A DNA stretch of 64,000 bases, taken from positions 1 through 64,000 of the IMG/VR virus record IMGVR_UViG_3300033149_003801. One strand, given 5' to 3'. The translations under genes were made by a program, and so were the position numbers. Position 1 is the first letter of the stretch. Every line of letters begins with the position of its first letter. The notes beneath the pieces are model-generated. The model was given only the letters and a program-made list of their open reading frames with translations, was not told where the DNA came from and did no database searches. This document shows, piece by piece, positions 36,631 to 46,735 of this stretch. This DNA is from a virus.

Positions 36631-39600
36631 TTACACCATAGCATTAAGCATACCAAAATCCTCTAAAATTCCCGCTTCGGATCGTGCTTGTCCATATTGA
36701 GCGGTCAATTGGAATGTTGGCTGGCGCTCAAAATGATAATGGATAGTTGTATAGTTATTAGCTCCCCATAAGTATGGCTGTGTTTTACGCACAGCGGGTC
36801 CGACAAGCATAGAGTTAGCCATCTGTAGACGAGATTCATATATCTGATCGGTATCTATATTAGCTAGTTGGCTAGATAATTGCTTCTCTATCTGAGCAAG
36901 ATGTCTTGGTATCTCCTGATAAAGGTTAGAGAATCCTCTAGCCATTCCTAAGCTAATTCCAGATACAATAGCCTCACCAATAGGTACCATCTTCTTCGAT
37001 GGTGAGAAAGCAGATATTTCTTTCGCAGCCTGCTTGGGCAATAGTCCCAACTTACCCAAAAGATTGTCTCTAAAATCCTTCCAGCGCCTGTTTAGTCCTT
37101 CGATTAAGCCATCTATGAAAGAATCGACGATCTTTGTCGCCTCTGACGGAACGGTCTGCGTTACAGTTCTCCACAATCCCTTGAAGAATTCCGGGACCTT
37201 TTTCTCAATAAACTCATTGATACTATCTCCGGTCCGTGAAATAAAACCGTTGATTTTAGTTCCCAATTCGCCCTTACGTGAAAACCACCTATCTACGAAA
37301 TCATTGATCTGTTTAGAAACAGATCCATTTCTTCCAAGTGAATCCTTGATAGCATTGCTAATCGTACCACCCATTCCAAAAATCTCATCTATTTTAGCGT
37401 TAAGAGAGTTTATAGTCTGCTCAAACTTTGTGCCCAGATCAGTAGCTTTCTCGCCCAAACCGGCAATGGCACTATTTGCCTCGGTCAAACCAGGCAAGCG
37501 AATATCAATCTCCATTGATTCTATCTTTTCGCGCTTCTTTTTCAACTCTTCGAGTTGCTCTTTGATCAGCTCCGTCTGGTGCTGGATAATATTAGCTTGA
37601 CGGTCTAGGAGTTCTGCTCGATGCTGAGCAAATAGCTGCTCCTCTTCTAGCATCCTACGTCGCTGCGTGATAAGCAAGCGTTCCTCTACTTGTCTAGCCC
37701 TAGCTAATTCAAGCTCCTCCTGCTGAAATTGTACCTGTTCCTCATATAATGCTATCTGACGTTCTACGGCCTTTAAGTTTTTCTCTGCTGCCTCAAGCTG
37801 TGTTTGAGCGGCCTCTTTGAGTAGTTTGATACGTTCACGCTCATTGTCAATTTGTTCTTGCAGCTCATTTATTTCTTCCTGTCTGCGAGCAACTATGTCT
37901 TGCTGTACTGCAAGGCTACTTTTCAGTTCCAACAAATGACCAGAAGTACCACGCTTCAGGATCTTGTTGCGCAGCTCCTCCATAAAGATGTCATGTTGAA
38001 TAGCTTGCTGAACGTCTCGCTCTTGTGCCAAGAGTTCCTTTGCGAGAGCCAAGCGCTCTTTTAGCGCATCCAACTGTTTCTGTAAACGCTTTTCCTCCTC
38101 GTCTGAAATCTCTCGAAGGTCCTCAATCTCTCTTTGCAATAAGCGCTGTCGCCGACGTAAGGGAATGAGCGTTAATGTCGTTGCAGCTTCCACACGAGTT
38201 AGAGCGTCCATTAGGGGATATAGTGGCTTATCTAGCTCTAATGTCATTACCTGAAGAGCAAAAAAGCCATCAGAGATTCTATCTAGCTCTTTTTGAATGT
38301 CATACCTAGCGCGCTCAATACCCTTTGCCATCTTCTCCATGCTTTCAATTATCTTCTCTTTTGCAAAAATCACTGCATCAATAGAAGCTAAGCTTCTCTG
38401 CTTAAGCTCTTCATATGTTTTTTTCATAAGCCGCAGAATTCCTGCTACATCGGCGGGCTCCTCAGTAAGCTCTTCCTTGGCTTTCTTGGCGTTCATAACT
38501 ACCAAAGAAAGTCCTCCAACAATAAGGGCAATAGCCGCTGCAACAGGGTGCGCAAAGGCGAGCTTAAGGGCTCCGCCAAGCAGAGGCAAGAGTTGTTTGA
38601 GCAGTACAGCAGATCCAAGCACTCCGGCAAACGCCGTAGCAAGGCCGAGAATTTGAGCGATACCCTTTTTTATTTCTGGGGGCAATTCACGAATATTCGT
38701 AACCAGGTCGTTCAGGAGGCTAATGCCCTTTGTGATTGCCGGGAGTAGATATTCTCCGAGCTCCACTCCAAGGTTGTGTATATTAGCCTTGAGCAGATTG
38801 GATTGAGTGGTCACCGTATCTAAGGAATTTGCATAGGCTCCTGCAAACTGTGCTCCGCGCTGAACTATGTAGTTCCAAATAGCCAGTCTTCGTTCTGCTG
38901 TACTAAGATTCTCCGCAACCTTATCTACTGATGAAGCATATTGAGCAAAGATTTTCTCTGCAGATTCCCCAATATCCAGTCCACGCAATGTCGTAACACT
39001 CGCGTTAGCCATTGCGTCTGTTAGAGCTTCAAATACTTCTGTAGCATCTCTGTTTTGCTGTGTAGCAATGTCGTTGGCAATAGTTGCCAGTGTAACTGCC
39101 TTTTCGTAATCAACATTGGCTGCTGCTAGTTTTCCGACAGCTTTGTATGCTTGTTCTATGGTGTATCCCTGAGCTGTTATAGCCGCTTGTGTCTTTTTTA
39201 CCGCTTCCTCAGCAAGGCCAAGGTTCTTTGCTAGAGTTTCTGTTCCCCTAGAAACCCGTTGTTGATCTGCAGCCATCTTGACCATTCCGCCGAGGAACCT
39301 AGCAAGCTTTGCAGAGACAGTAAGAAGCACAGATCCAAGGAGAGTAAAAGCAACGGTTTGTCTTCGTGTTGCCTCTTCCTGAAGCAATTGAGCTCGCGCA
39401 GCCTTCTGAGCTCCCGATTCTAGGGACTTAAAATACTCCGTCTGCATAAAGGCAGCCCGTGCAACTGCAGATCTATGCTTTTCCATCGCTACCGTATATA
39501 ACTGCTGCTCACGGGAGAGATTCTTAAAGGTATCTGACTGCCTAAGAGCTTCCAGGTTCGCTTGGTTGACGGCATCCGCCCAGGCGAGAACCTCCACCTG

Positions 39601-39792
39601 TGCTTGGCTTTGTTGCTGAGTATAGGCCCTAGAATGTTCTAATGACGCTAGGGCAGCTGCTTCGGACTTACCACGGATTACATCCAGGGCACGTCCAAAG
39701 CGAAACATCTGACTGATTGATGCCGCTGCCCGAACGACGACTAGCTCAATTCCCGCCTGGGGAAACATCGACCCACCGAAACCTAAACCCAT
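36631..39792 (-). CDS. tape measure protein
   Basis: 1053 aa, long coiled-coil stretches. Internal hydrophobic block ILGLATAFAGVLGSAVLLKQLLPLLGG...VGGLSLVVM. Positioned after chaperone-like ORFs. Confidence 0.85.
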   Translation of the reverse strand: MGLGFGGSMFPQAGIELVVVRAAASISQMFRFGRALDVIRGKSEAAALASLEHSRAYTQQQSQAQVEVLAWADAVNQANLEALRQSDTFKNLSREQQLYTVAMEKHRSAVARAAFMQTEYFKSLESGAQKAARAQLLQEEATRRQTVAFTLLGSVLLTVSAKLARFLGGMVKMAADQQRVSRGTETLAKNLGLAEEAVKKTQAAITAQGYTIEQAYKAVGKLAAANVDYEKAVTLATIANDIATQQNRDATEVFEALTDAMANASVTTLRGLDIGESAEKIFAQYASSVDKVAENLSTAERRLAIWNYIVQRGAQFAGAYANSLDTVTTQSNLLKANIHNLGVELGEYLLPAITKGISLLNDLVTNIRELPPEIKKGIAQILGLATAFAGVLGSAVLLKQLLPLLGGALKLAFAHPVAAAIALIVGGLSLVVMNAKKAKEELTEEPADVAGILRLMKKTYEELKQRSLASIDAVIFAKEKIIESMEKMAKGIERARYDIQKELDRISDGFFALQVMTLELDKPLYPLMDALTRVEAATTLTLIPLRRRQRLLQREIEDLREISDEEEKRLQKQLDALKERLALAKELLAQERDVQQAIQHDIFMEELRNKILKRGTSGHLLELKSSLAVQQDIVARRQEEINELQEQIDNERERIKLLKEAAQTQLEAAEKNLKAVERQIALYEEQVQFQQEELELARARQVEERLLITQRRRMLEEEQLFAQHRAELLDRQANIIQHQTELIKEQLEELKKKREKIESMEIDIRLPGLTEANSAIAGLGEKATDLGTKFEQTINSLNAKIDEIFGMGGTISNAIKDSLGRNGSVSKQINDFVDRWFSRKGELGTKINGFISRTGDSINEFIEKKVPEFFKGLWRTVTQTVPSEATKIVDSFIDGLIEGLNRRWKDFRDNLLGKLGLLPKQAAKEISAFSPSKKMVPIGEAIVSGISLGMARGFSNLYQEIPRHLAQIEKQLSSQLANIDTDQIYESRLQMANSMLVGPAVRKTQPYLWGANNYTTIHYHFERQPTFQLTAQYGQARSEAGILEDFGMLNAMV

Positions 39793-39794
39793 CG

Positions 39795-40109
39795 TTACTT
39801 CGTTCCCGTCATCTTAGCTTTAATTTCCTCAACCCGTCGGATAAGGCCACGCAGACGATATTTCGCAACGACCTCCGCTCGTTCAACATGAGTCAAGTCG
39901 TCACGGAACTCCCTCCAAGAGATATTAGCCTCTTCTGCTGCCCAGTGATACTCCAACGTTCTGCTGAATGATAATTCAGCCGGTGTCCCCGCTGCCTGTT
40001 GTTCCTGCGTTTCCAGATCCCACAGTAGGAGCCACTGTCGAATCGGCATTCCATTGATGAGTACGTTGAAACCGATCAATGGCAGCGTCAATTTCCTCCT
40101 CTGAGACAC
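39795..40109 (-). CDS. second tail-assembly-chaperone-like ORF (overlaps 39976..40635 in the +1 frame)
   Basis: Position directly upstream of the tape measure. GTG start inside the upstream ORF. Confidence 0.45.
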   Translation of the reverse strand: MSQRRKLTLPLIGFNVLINGMPIRQWLLLWDLETQEQQAAGTPAELSFSRTLEYHWAAEEANISWREFRDDLTHVERAEVVAKYRLRGLIRRVEEIKAKMTGTK

Positions 40110-40635
40110 CAGACCGTCTCGTACCCAACATTTGCAATCTGCTCAAGTCTCCAGATGTTGGAATGATCCGATACCGAAGCCACTCCAAATACCGTGCAGT
40201 TTTTTGCTTCTTGGAAGGAACGGAGAGACCTATTGCCTCTAGCTCCTCTTCCCAGGTGTCGTCTTCTTCATATGGAGGAACACCTTCAGGAAGTTGATGA
40301 ATCTTCATAGCCTTTAGCATCTGAAGCTTCAGCATAGCCTCACCGACTGCAATAGTCCGCTCATCTTGTGCTGCAATAAATGATGGACTATTGAAGTTAG
40401 GTTCCATCCATTCTCGTGAACCGTCTTTGCGCTTGATCATTGGAGGCTTTGGCTCTGGAAACTGCGCCCAAATTCTCTGGGCCAAATTTGTAGGTGTTTC
40501 TAGTGCCTCAACAATTGCCCCTGTGGAAGTTCTGAATATAAAACTAAGCTCTTTCTGTTCTTCCTCCAAAGCGTTAGCTACACGTTCAGTAATCTCATCG
40601 TCATCAATCATTTTGTGCTTATCATTTTCTGGCAT
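39976..40635 (-). CDS. tail assembly chaperone-like protein
   Basis: Acidic 219-aa ORF between the tail-tube slot and the tape measure. SD AGGAGGG. Confidence 0.5.
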   Translation of the reverse strand: MPENDKHKMIDDDEITERVANALEEEQKELSFIFRTSTGAIVEALETPTNLAQRIWAQFPEPKPPMIKRKDGSREWMEPNFNSPSFIAAQDERTIAVGEAMLKLQMLKAMKIHQLPEGVPPYEEDDTWEEELEAIGLSVPSKKQKTARYLEWLRYRIIPTSGDLSRLQMLGTRRSGVSEEEIDAAIDRFQRTHQWNADSTVAPTVGSGNAGTTGSGDTG

Positions 40636-40683
40636 GATTATAGCCCTCCTAGTTTTGAGCCCTCCTGTACATAGATTTTGGTT

Positions 40684-40738
40684 AACGGCCCCGGAAGGAT
40701 GTCAGGAGGGCTCCAGGAGCATCCTCCACAGGGCCGTT
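40684..40738 (-). promoter_or_regulatory. long imperfect stem-loop after the BNR/tail-tube-slot gene
   Basis: AACGGCCC...GGGCCGTT outer stem with inner GGAGGATG/CATCCTTCC pairing. Confidence 0.4.
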
Positions 40739-40751
40739 ATACCCAACGTCT

Positions 40752-42257
40752 TTATTGCCCTACAATCACAATGCCATCATCTGTATCCTTCAGTCCACCA
40801 GCGAACACAAAGTTCCCTGATGGACCGGCGGCTACAAAATTAAGTCTGTCATTGTCAGGAGTCGTAGTCTCCGTATCGGGCAATTGATACCAGGATTCCC
40901 CTCCAGCTAGAGTGCGGAAGATATATCCTTTGGAACCATCAGTAGCGGTCATAAAACCAAAGGGAGAGTCTTCATATCCCGCAAAGGAAATGCCATGCAC
41001 TTCTCCTTGACCAGAGAGCGAGAAAGTGATCTCTGTCCAATTGGATCCGCCATCCTTTGTGTAGTAAAGCCTCCCACCAGAAGTGCCAATGAGCCATACA
41101 TATTCAGTACGCATCCAAACGACATTGATGTCATTTACTGTTGGAGAATCACTTGAAAGATCCGACCAAGTTTCTCCACCATTAGACGTAACTACAATTG
41201 CTCCTGTAGCTCCTACTGCAACGAGATGCTTGCTATCAATTCCATGAATGTCAAGCAGATTTTGAACCGTAGCTGCTCCGGCGCTTTGAACACTTACTCC
41301 CTGTGATGGATTGGACGTAAAGTAGATGTATCCACCATCACCTACGATCCAAGTTTGAGTAGAGCTGCGTGACCAGATGGCATTTGGCCCATTTCCAGCG
41401 GAAAAGCCAGTTGTTACCTCTGTCCAAGCATCCAAATCATCCAGATCTGCAAGATGCATAGAACATGAATCATTAGACACAACGACAATGTTTGAGCCGA
41501 CTTTTGCCAAATCAGACGGCTGCTCATCTTCGCCAAGGGTATCAATATCGTAGTCTTCCCATGAGGTTCCACCATCTAAAGATCTATGTAGCTCTGCAGG
41601 AAGACCAGGAGAACCCGCTCCGGAGGACTTGGTTACGTGGAAGAGTCTGTTCTCTCCATCTGATTCATATCCGCATTCTCCACAGGAGAAATAGTCAGCA
41701 ATGATCCCTGCAACAACTTCTCTCGTGATGTCTGCAGCACCAGAATCCTCAGCGTCTTCAAGAGACAATCGGTCAATTTCCCAAAAGGATCTCGCCGTAA
41801 TGTCTCCAGTCAATAAAATCGTTGCTCGTCCTGCCTCGTCCAATGCCGTTTGCTCGTCTGATGAGCGGTTGGTAAACCTTGCTTTGTCATAAGCAAGTAT
41901 CTTCTCCCAACCTCTCGTAAAATCCTCTGGATCCTCACACTTTCCATAGTGCACCTGAATCTGCATAGGACATTTTAGACGAAGAATTGGATTGTCCAAA
42001 CCAAAGCGAGCAATCATACTAGTCGTAGGCAGACTACTCTCACCGGCAACTTCGTCAACATTTTCAAATTGATCGTACGCCAATCGTGATGGTATCTGAA
42101 CGCGACTAGGCTCTCCCTCAGCAATGGAAAATCCAGAGAGCCTTGCAAGTCCTTGATACTCTATTGCATGATGAGGATTCGCCCCCTTTTCTTGAAGAAA
42201 AACCCGACCGTGTCCAGTTTGAAAAATTCGTTCACTCATATTCGTTATTCCCTTCAA
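40752..42257 (-). CDS. BNR/Asp-box repeat beta-propeller protein in the major-tail-protein position
   Basis: Asp-box-like motifs SLDGGTSWED, SNGGETWSD, TKDGGSNWTE, LAGGESWYQ in the C-terminal ~300 aa. Gene order. Confidence 0.7.
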   Translation of the reverse strand: MKGITNMSERIFQTGHGRVFLQEKGANPHHAIEYQGLARLSGFSIAEGEPSRVQIPSRLAYDQFENVDEVAGESSLPTTSMIARFGLDNPILRLKCPMQIQVHYGKCEDPEDFTRGWEKILAYDKARFTNRSSDEQTALDEAGRATILLTGDITARSFWEIDRLSLEDAEDSGAADITREVVAGIIADYFSCGECGYESDGENRLFHVTKSSGAGSPGLPAELHRSLDGGTSWEDYDIDTLGEDEQPSDLAKVGSNIVVVSNDSCSMHLADLDDLDAWTEVTTGFSAGNGPNAIWSRSSTQTWIVGDGGYIYFTSNPSQGVSVQSAGAATVQNLLDIHGIDSKHLVAVGATGAIVVTSNGGETWSDLSSDSPTVNDINVVWMRTEYVWLIGTSGGRLYYTKDGGSNWTEITFSLSGQGEVHGISFAGYEDSPFGFMTATDGSKGYIFRTLAGGESWYQLPDTETTTPDNDRLNFVAAGPSGNFVFAGGLKDTDDGIVIVGQ

Positions 42258-43463
42258 CTATAGGCTAATTGCACCATAGTCCATGAAATATCTATTCACC
42301 AAATTCCATGCTTCCCATGCTCCTAGCTTATCACCAAACGGACAGTTCTTCCGTACGAATGTAGAAGCGTCTGGATCTGGAGGCTCCTGCCATGCCTGGT
42401 AGATGCCCTTTATTGACTCTCCGCCTCCAGTAATTGGAGACAGCAGAAGTGACGTAGCCAACGCTGCTACAGCTCGTGCAAATGGATATTGCATCTTACC
42501 TTGATCATCAGACGTCCATCCCGCAAGATAAGATAACCGTAACAAATCAGGATATCCTGAGCAGAACTGAGTTGGACTAATATCCCAACGTTCATTATCA
42601 GCATCCCAAGTTGCCGGAGCAATGGAGACCTGTCCTATTTCCGAAAGATATGTCTGTATTATACCATAGTATTCACCAAAAGCAGTGGCATAACCTGTCT
42701 CACTGCTCTGATAACCATAACGCACAGGGGGATGATCCAGATCGCTACAAGTATATATCCGATATACATCTACTTCGTTCAAATAAGAATCTGGGTCATC
42801 TCCGTCTATGAAGTTATGTGGCGGAGGTGCTTCCCACAATTGTGGAACGACAAACCAAGCCGACTGTCCTTCAATAGTAATGTCATCCCCAGAAATCGTC
42901 ACGGTTAGATTTCTGATCTGCTCTCGCTCATCAAGATTGTTTGCAGTCGTAGGAAAAACGGCAATCTCTTTAGGTTGCCAGTCAGAAGCTCCCGCTATGG
43001 TAATTGTAAAACGCATGATCTCGGCAAAATCATCACCATCTAAGTCAACTCGACTGCTTGAGATATCCACCCCCTCCTCTATAGGAGTAACGCATCTGTG
43101 GCCACCAGCAATAAACCGCTTCCACTTGAGATTTACAGTCATCCTTCGATCTGGAAGATACTCATTCTCCCAGGAGGGAATTCGGTGTGTAGGGAATGGA
43201 TGGTCCTCCTGTGTAATATATTTTGGCGCCGGCCAGAAGCCCGTTACCTCAGCAATCATTCGTTCTGCCGTAGCAATTGCCTTAGCTATGTCTTCTCTAC
43301 TAGCGGTACCTCGATTTTGCCACTGGTGTTGATACCATACGTTGTATGCATTATTGACAGGGATTGCTGTACTTACAAGCTGATTAAAATGTCTAGGATC
43401 CAATCCCAGGATCTCTGCATATTGATCTAAGCTAAGCAAGGTTATCGTTTGTGACCTAGCCAT
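42258..43463 (-). CDS. hypothetical virion-module protein
   Basis: 401-aa ORF abutting neighbouring genes. Confidence 0.6.
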   Translation of the reverse strand: MARSQTITLLSLDQYAEILGLDPRHFNQLVSTAIPVNNAYNVWYQHQWQNRGTASREDIAKAIATAERMIAEVTGFWPAPKYITQEDHPFPTHRIPSWENEYLPDRRMTVNLKWKRFIAGGHRCVTPIEEGVDISSSRVDLDGDDFAEIMRFTITIAGASDWQPKEIAVFPTTANNLDEREQIRNLTVTISGDDITIEGQSAWFVVPQLWEAPPPHNFIDGDDPDSYLNEVDVYRIYTCSDLDHPPVRYGYQSSETGYATAFGEYYGIIQTYLSEIGQVSIAPATWDADNERWDISPTQFCSGYPDLLRLSYLAGWTSDDQGKMQYPFARAVAALATSLLLSPITGGGESIKGIYQAWQEPPDPDASTFVRKNCPFGDKLGAWEAWNLVNRYFMDYGAISL

Positions 43464-43465
43464 AA

Positions 43466-43744
43466 TTAACCTTCCGTAATGACTCGAAAAGCTTTTTCCC
43501 CAAATCTCTGAATAAGTTCCAATGCGTCCTCTTTAGGAATTCGCTGGCATCTATTTGCTCCGGCATCAAATCGAGGCTTCCTTTTTGACGACAATGGAAA
43601 CGCCCTTGATCCTCGAATATTTAGGAGAAATTCTACGAGTACCTTTCCATCATTTCCATTTCCAGTGTGAACATCATTGGAGATGTCAGAGCTTGGTCTA
43701 GCCCCTCTACTAATCATCCTTCGTCTGATCTGATCTGCTCTCAC
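43466..43744 (-). CDS. hypothetical protein
   Basis: ORF in the operon. Confidence 0.5.
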   Translation of the reverse strand: MRADQIRRRMISRGARPSSDISNDVHTGNGNDGKVLVEFLLNIRGSRAFPLSSKRKPRFDAGANRCQRIPKEDALELIQRFGEKAFRVITEG

Positions 43745-43765
43745 GGAGCGCTTGCTATTTCCCCC

Positions 43766-46144
43766 TCAATGTCTCCTGGGCATTATGGAAACTCCCTTAT
43801 ACTTATTTGCAATGATCTTTAAGAGAGCGTTACTATCCTTGAGACTATCTTCGCGCCTCCGTCCTGTATTGTAACGATAAGCAAACAAAGGCTTCTTTAT
43901 GTGCTCTCCATAGAATCCATGCACCGCAAGATTTAGAATCAGATCCCAATCCTCCCATAAAGGGATGTTAGTGTCAAAACCACCAACTTCATCAAAGGCT
44001 GCTTTTGGCAATAAATTTGTTACAGCAAAGAGGGCCGCCCCAAGAAGTCTGTGAACATCCCATTCGGCAGCACTGTGAACCTTTCTATCTGGAAGAGACA
44101 CCCAATCTGTATATAGAATTCGAGGGTCCTCTTCTGGACACTGTGAAGCTACTTCCAAAGTAATATACAAAAAATCTCTATAAAGATAATCATCTGCATC
44201 TAGGAAACACAAGTATCGTCCTCTAGCTATGCTTGCCCCCAGGTTTCTTGCAGCGCTCACGTTATGCAAACAGTCGTTCCGCATCCAGCGAATCCAAGGA
44301 TAGGCTACTTTATAAGGTACAGATCCATAGTTCTCTATTCCACCCTCAGTTGTATCGTCAACGACGATAAGCTCCCAACGTGGGTCTGTCTGCGCTGCAA
44401 CTGATTCAATAGCATCTTGAAGAAATTTCTCATGTCCGTCTCCTACAGGTATTATTACACTAGCCTTAGGACAATCATAATTTCTCACAGGATGAGAGGG
44501 GTATTTTCTCTCTGGACTAATCGTAGCAGCGAAAGGTATCTCCCCTCCATATACACTAGGTAGCCAAGCTAACCAATCTGGTTCCTTTTTCCCCCGAACT
44601 GCCGCTGATGCACTGTTGTTATGTACACGATACTCATAGACAGTATGTCCCGTTGCTAATTTTGCATCATACCCAATCAAGGGAAACCTCGACCATAGCT
44701 CTGCATCCTCTGTAGGCGCAGTATGCTGACGATACCCTCCAGTTCTTAAGAAAGCTTCTCTGCGCATCATATTGCAAGCAGGAATACGATTTTTCCGCTT
44801 CAGTTGCTTTTTTGCCGAGAAGTCCTCTCCAGGCCAGTCACTTTGTGGAACAGTTACTGTGCCATCGGGACCCATAAGCGCAAGTTTGCCATAAACTATT
44901 CCAAGGGATCTATTGCGTAAGAGAGGATGAACAAGTTCCTCCATAAAATTTGGACATAGCCGATCATCTGCATCTAAAAAGGTAAGAAATGCCCCCCGTG
45001 CAGCCATCGCCCCGTTATTTCGTGCAGCAGCAACTCCGGAATTCTCTTGGGCAATTACTCTAAACCTTGGGTCGTTTCCAATAGTTTCACGTATTACATT
45101 CAGAGAGTCATCTGTTGATCCATCATCTACTACGATACACTCCCATTTATTATATGTTTGCTTGCGAACAGACTCAATTGCCTCACTTACCCACTGAGCA
45201 TAATTGTAACAAGGAATAATCACAGAGACGAGCCCCTCTGCTTCTTCTTCTGCTAAAACTACAGAATCCTTGTAACATTGGCGATACAGCTCCATTGCAG
45301 CTTTCCATGAGAAGTGAGACGCCTTTTTTCGTGTATTACTTCGTAGTCTGTCATAGTCTTCTATAACATTGTGAATAGCCTTAGCAGTACCCTCGAAATC
45401 TCCTGGGTCGACTAAAAAGCCATCTACGCCATCTTCGATAATGTCTCGAATAGCTCCCCAGGACCAACCAACTACAGGCAATCCGGCAGCCAGAGCCTCC
45501 AAGATTCCTATCCCAAAGGTCTCCTTTGTAGTAGCTAAGTATATTCCACAACTGTAGAGCATCTTCTTCATTTCAGCATGAGACACGGGCCCGGTAACTA
45601 CAACGTTATCTTGTACTTCCCCAAAAGTAGAAAGAAACTGAACATCCCTTGCAATCCGTGCGATCTCATTTACAGGTGTAGGATCGCACACATCTTCAGG
45701 ACGGTTCTTGTTCCACAAAACCACAGGGGGGGAGGTGTAGTCCTTTCGCTTCGGCCAAACTCTCAAGTCTATTCCATGTGGGATAACTCGCGGAAAGAAC
45801 CCCATATTCCTAGCGAATATCTCCCCTACCCATCGAGATGGAACAGTTACAATATGAGCCTGTCTTGCCCCTGCGATCACGCGACTATTTACTTCCCACA
45901 TCCAGCGATCAGCCTGTATTTCACCTGTTGGGTACAATCCGTGGCAGTGCAAAACATCTATCTGTCGTCTTCTACGAGTGTCATCTACAACGTGAACGGC
46001 ATAAACATCAGCATTGCTGAGATCATCTACAAATGTTACTCCAAGTTCTGGGAGTCTCTGGTACATCGTGTAGACTACTCTTGCAATTCCACTGTTCAGA
46101 TTGCTTTCAGACGGCTGCTTTGGATGCAAAAATACAGTAGTCAT
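43766..46144 (-). CDS. three-domain glycosyltransferase (GT4-like GT-B plus two GT2 GT-A modules)
   Basis: ETFGIGILEALAAGLPVVG...GVDGFLV; VSVIIPCYNYAQWVSEAIESV..QTY...VVDDGSTDDS...FLDADD; ASVIIPVGDG...AIESVAAQT...VVDD...FLDADDYL. Confidence 0.9.
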   Translation of the reverse strand: MTTVFLHPKQPSESNLNSGIARVVYTMYQRLPELGVTFVDDLSNADVYAVHVVDDTRRRRQIDVLHCHGLYPTGEIQADRWMWEVNSRVIAGARQAHIVTVPSRWVGEIFARNMGFFPRVIPHGIDLRVWPKRKDYTSPPVVLWNKNRPEDVCDPTPVNEIARIARDVQFLSTFGEVQDNVVVTGPVSHAEMKKMLYSCGIYLATTKETFGIGILEALAAGLPVVGWSWGAIRDIIEDGVDGFLVDPGDFEGTAKAIHNVIEDYDRLRSNTRKKASHFSWKAAMELYRQCYKDSVVLAEEEAEGLVSVIIPCYNYAQWVSEAIESVRKQTYNKWECIVVDDGSTDDSLNVIRETIGNDPRFRVIAQENSGVAAARNNGAMAARGAFLTFLDADDRLCPNFMEELVHPLLRNRSLGIVYGKLALMGPDGTVTVPQSDWPGEDFSAKKQLKRKNRIPACNMMRREAFLRTGGYRQHTAPTEDAELWSRFPLIGYDAKLATGHTVYEYRVHNNSASAAVRGKKEPDWLAWLPSVYGGEIPFAATISPERKYPSHPVRNYDCPKASVIIPVGDGHEKFLQDAIESVAAQTDPRWELIVVDDTTEGGIENYGSVPYKVAYPWIRWMRNDCLHNVSAARNLGASIARGRYLCFLDADDYLYRDFLYITLEVASQCPEEDPRILYTDWVSLPDRKVHSAAEWDVHRLLGAALFAVTNLLPKAAFDEVGGFDTNIPLWEDWDLILNLAVHGFYGEHIKKPLFAYRYNTGRRREDSLKDSNALLKIIANKYKGVSIMPRRH

Positions 46145-46145
46145 A

Positions 46146-46721
46146 TTACCTTTTCTTTATAGTTCTACGCCTGTTTGTGTATCTCAGTCGTTTCCATGCA
46201 AGAATATTGCTATCAATCACATCCTCTATTCCCAGAGTTAGCGTCTTATAGCCAAGTTCCTGAAGAATTTTTGGTCGTATCTCCGCAACGTGTGCCTCAA
46301 AAGGATTTCCCCGAACCTCCCCCTGTGGGTATCTTCCCCAAGGACTCCCAAGAACTACTGTTTTCTTCGTGATGCGCTCTATCTGCATCAAAGTTTCTGG
46401 AAGGTCACTCTCAGGAATATGTTCTGGACCGTGCCACCAAAAGACATAATCAAACATTCGATGACCCAGTTGAAGGATATCTACCTCTCGAATATCTCCC
46501 TGTATGATATGATGGATCATCTCTTTATGAGCAATCTCATCAATATACGGTTGCCAGATTTCTAAGACAGTAATTTCATTTCCAGCAGAGAAGAGCTCAT
46601 ACATATAGTGGTGCCTATTCTTATTTGCACCCACATATAGAACGCTTCCAGGACTCTCAAATAGTTCAGGAACGTTTTTTTGCAACTGTGGAAATCTACG
46701 TCGTATAAGTTCAGTAACCAC
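46146..46721 (-). CDS. Rossmann-fold methyltransferase-like protein
   Basis: VLYVGANKN...ITVLEI...FDYVFWWHGPEHI. The SAM motif I is atypical. Confidence 0.5.
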   Translation of the reverse strand: MVTELIRRRFPQLQKNVPELFESPGSVLYVGANKNRHHYMYELFSAGNEITVLEIWQPYIDEIAHKEMIHHIIQGDIREVDILQLGHRMFDYVFWWHGPEHIPESDLPETLMQIERITKKTVVLGSPWGRYPQGEVRGNPFEAHVAEIRPKILQELGYKTLTLGIEDVIDSNILAWKRLRYTNRRRTIKKR

Positions 46722-46735
46722 TTGTCTACCCTCAA

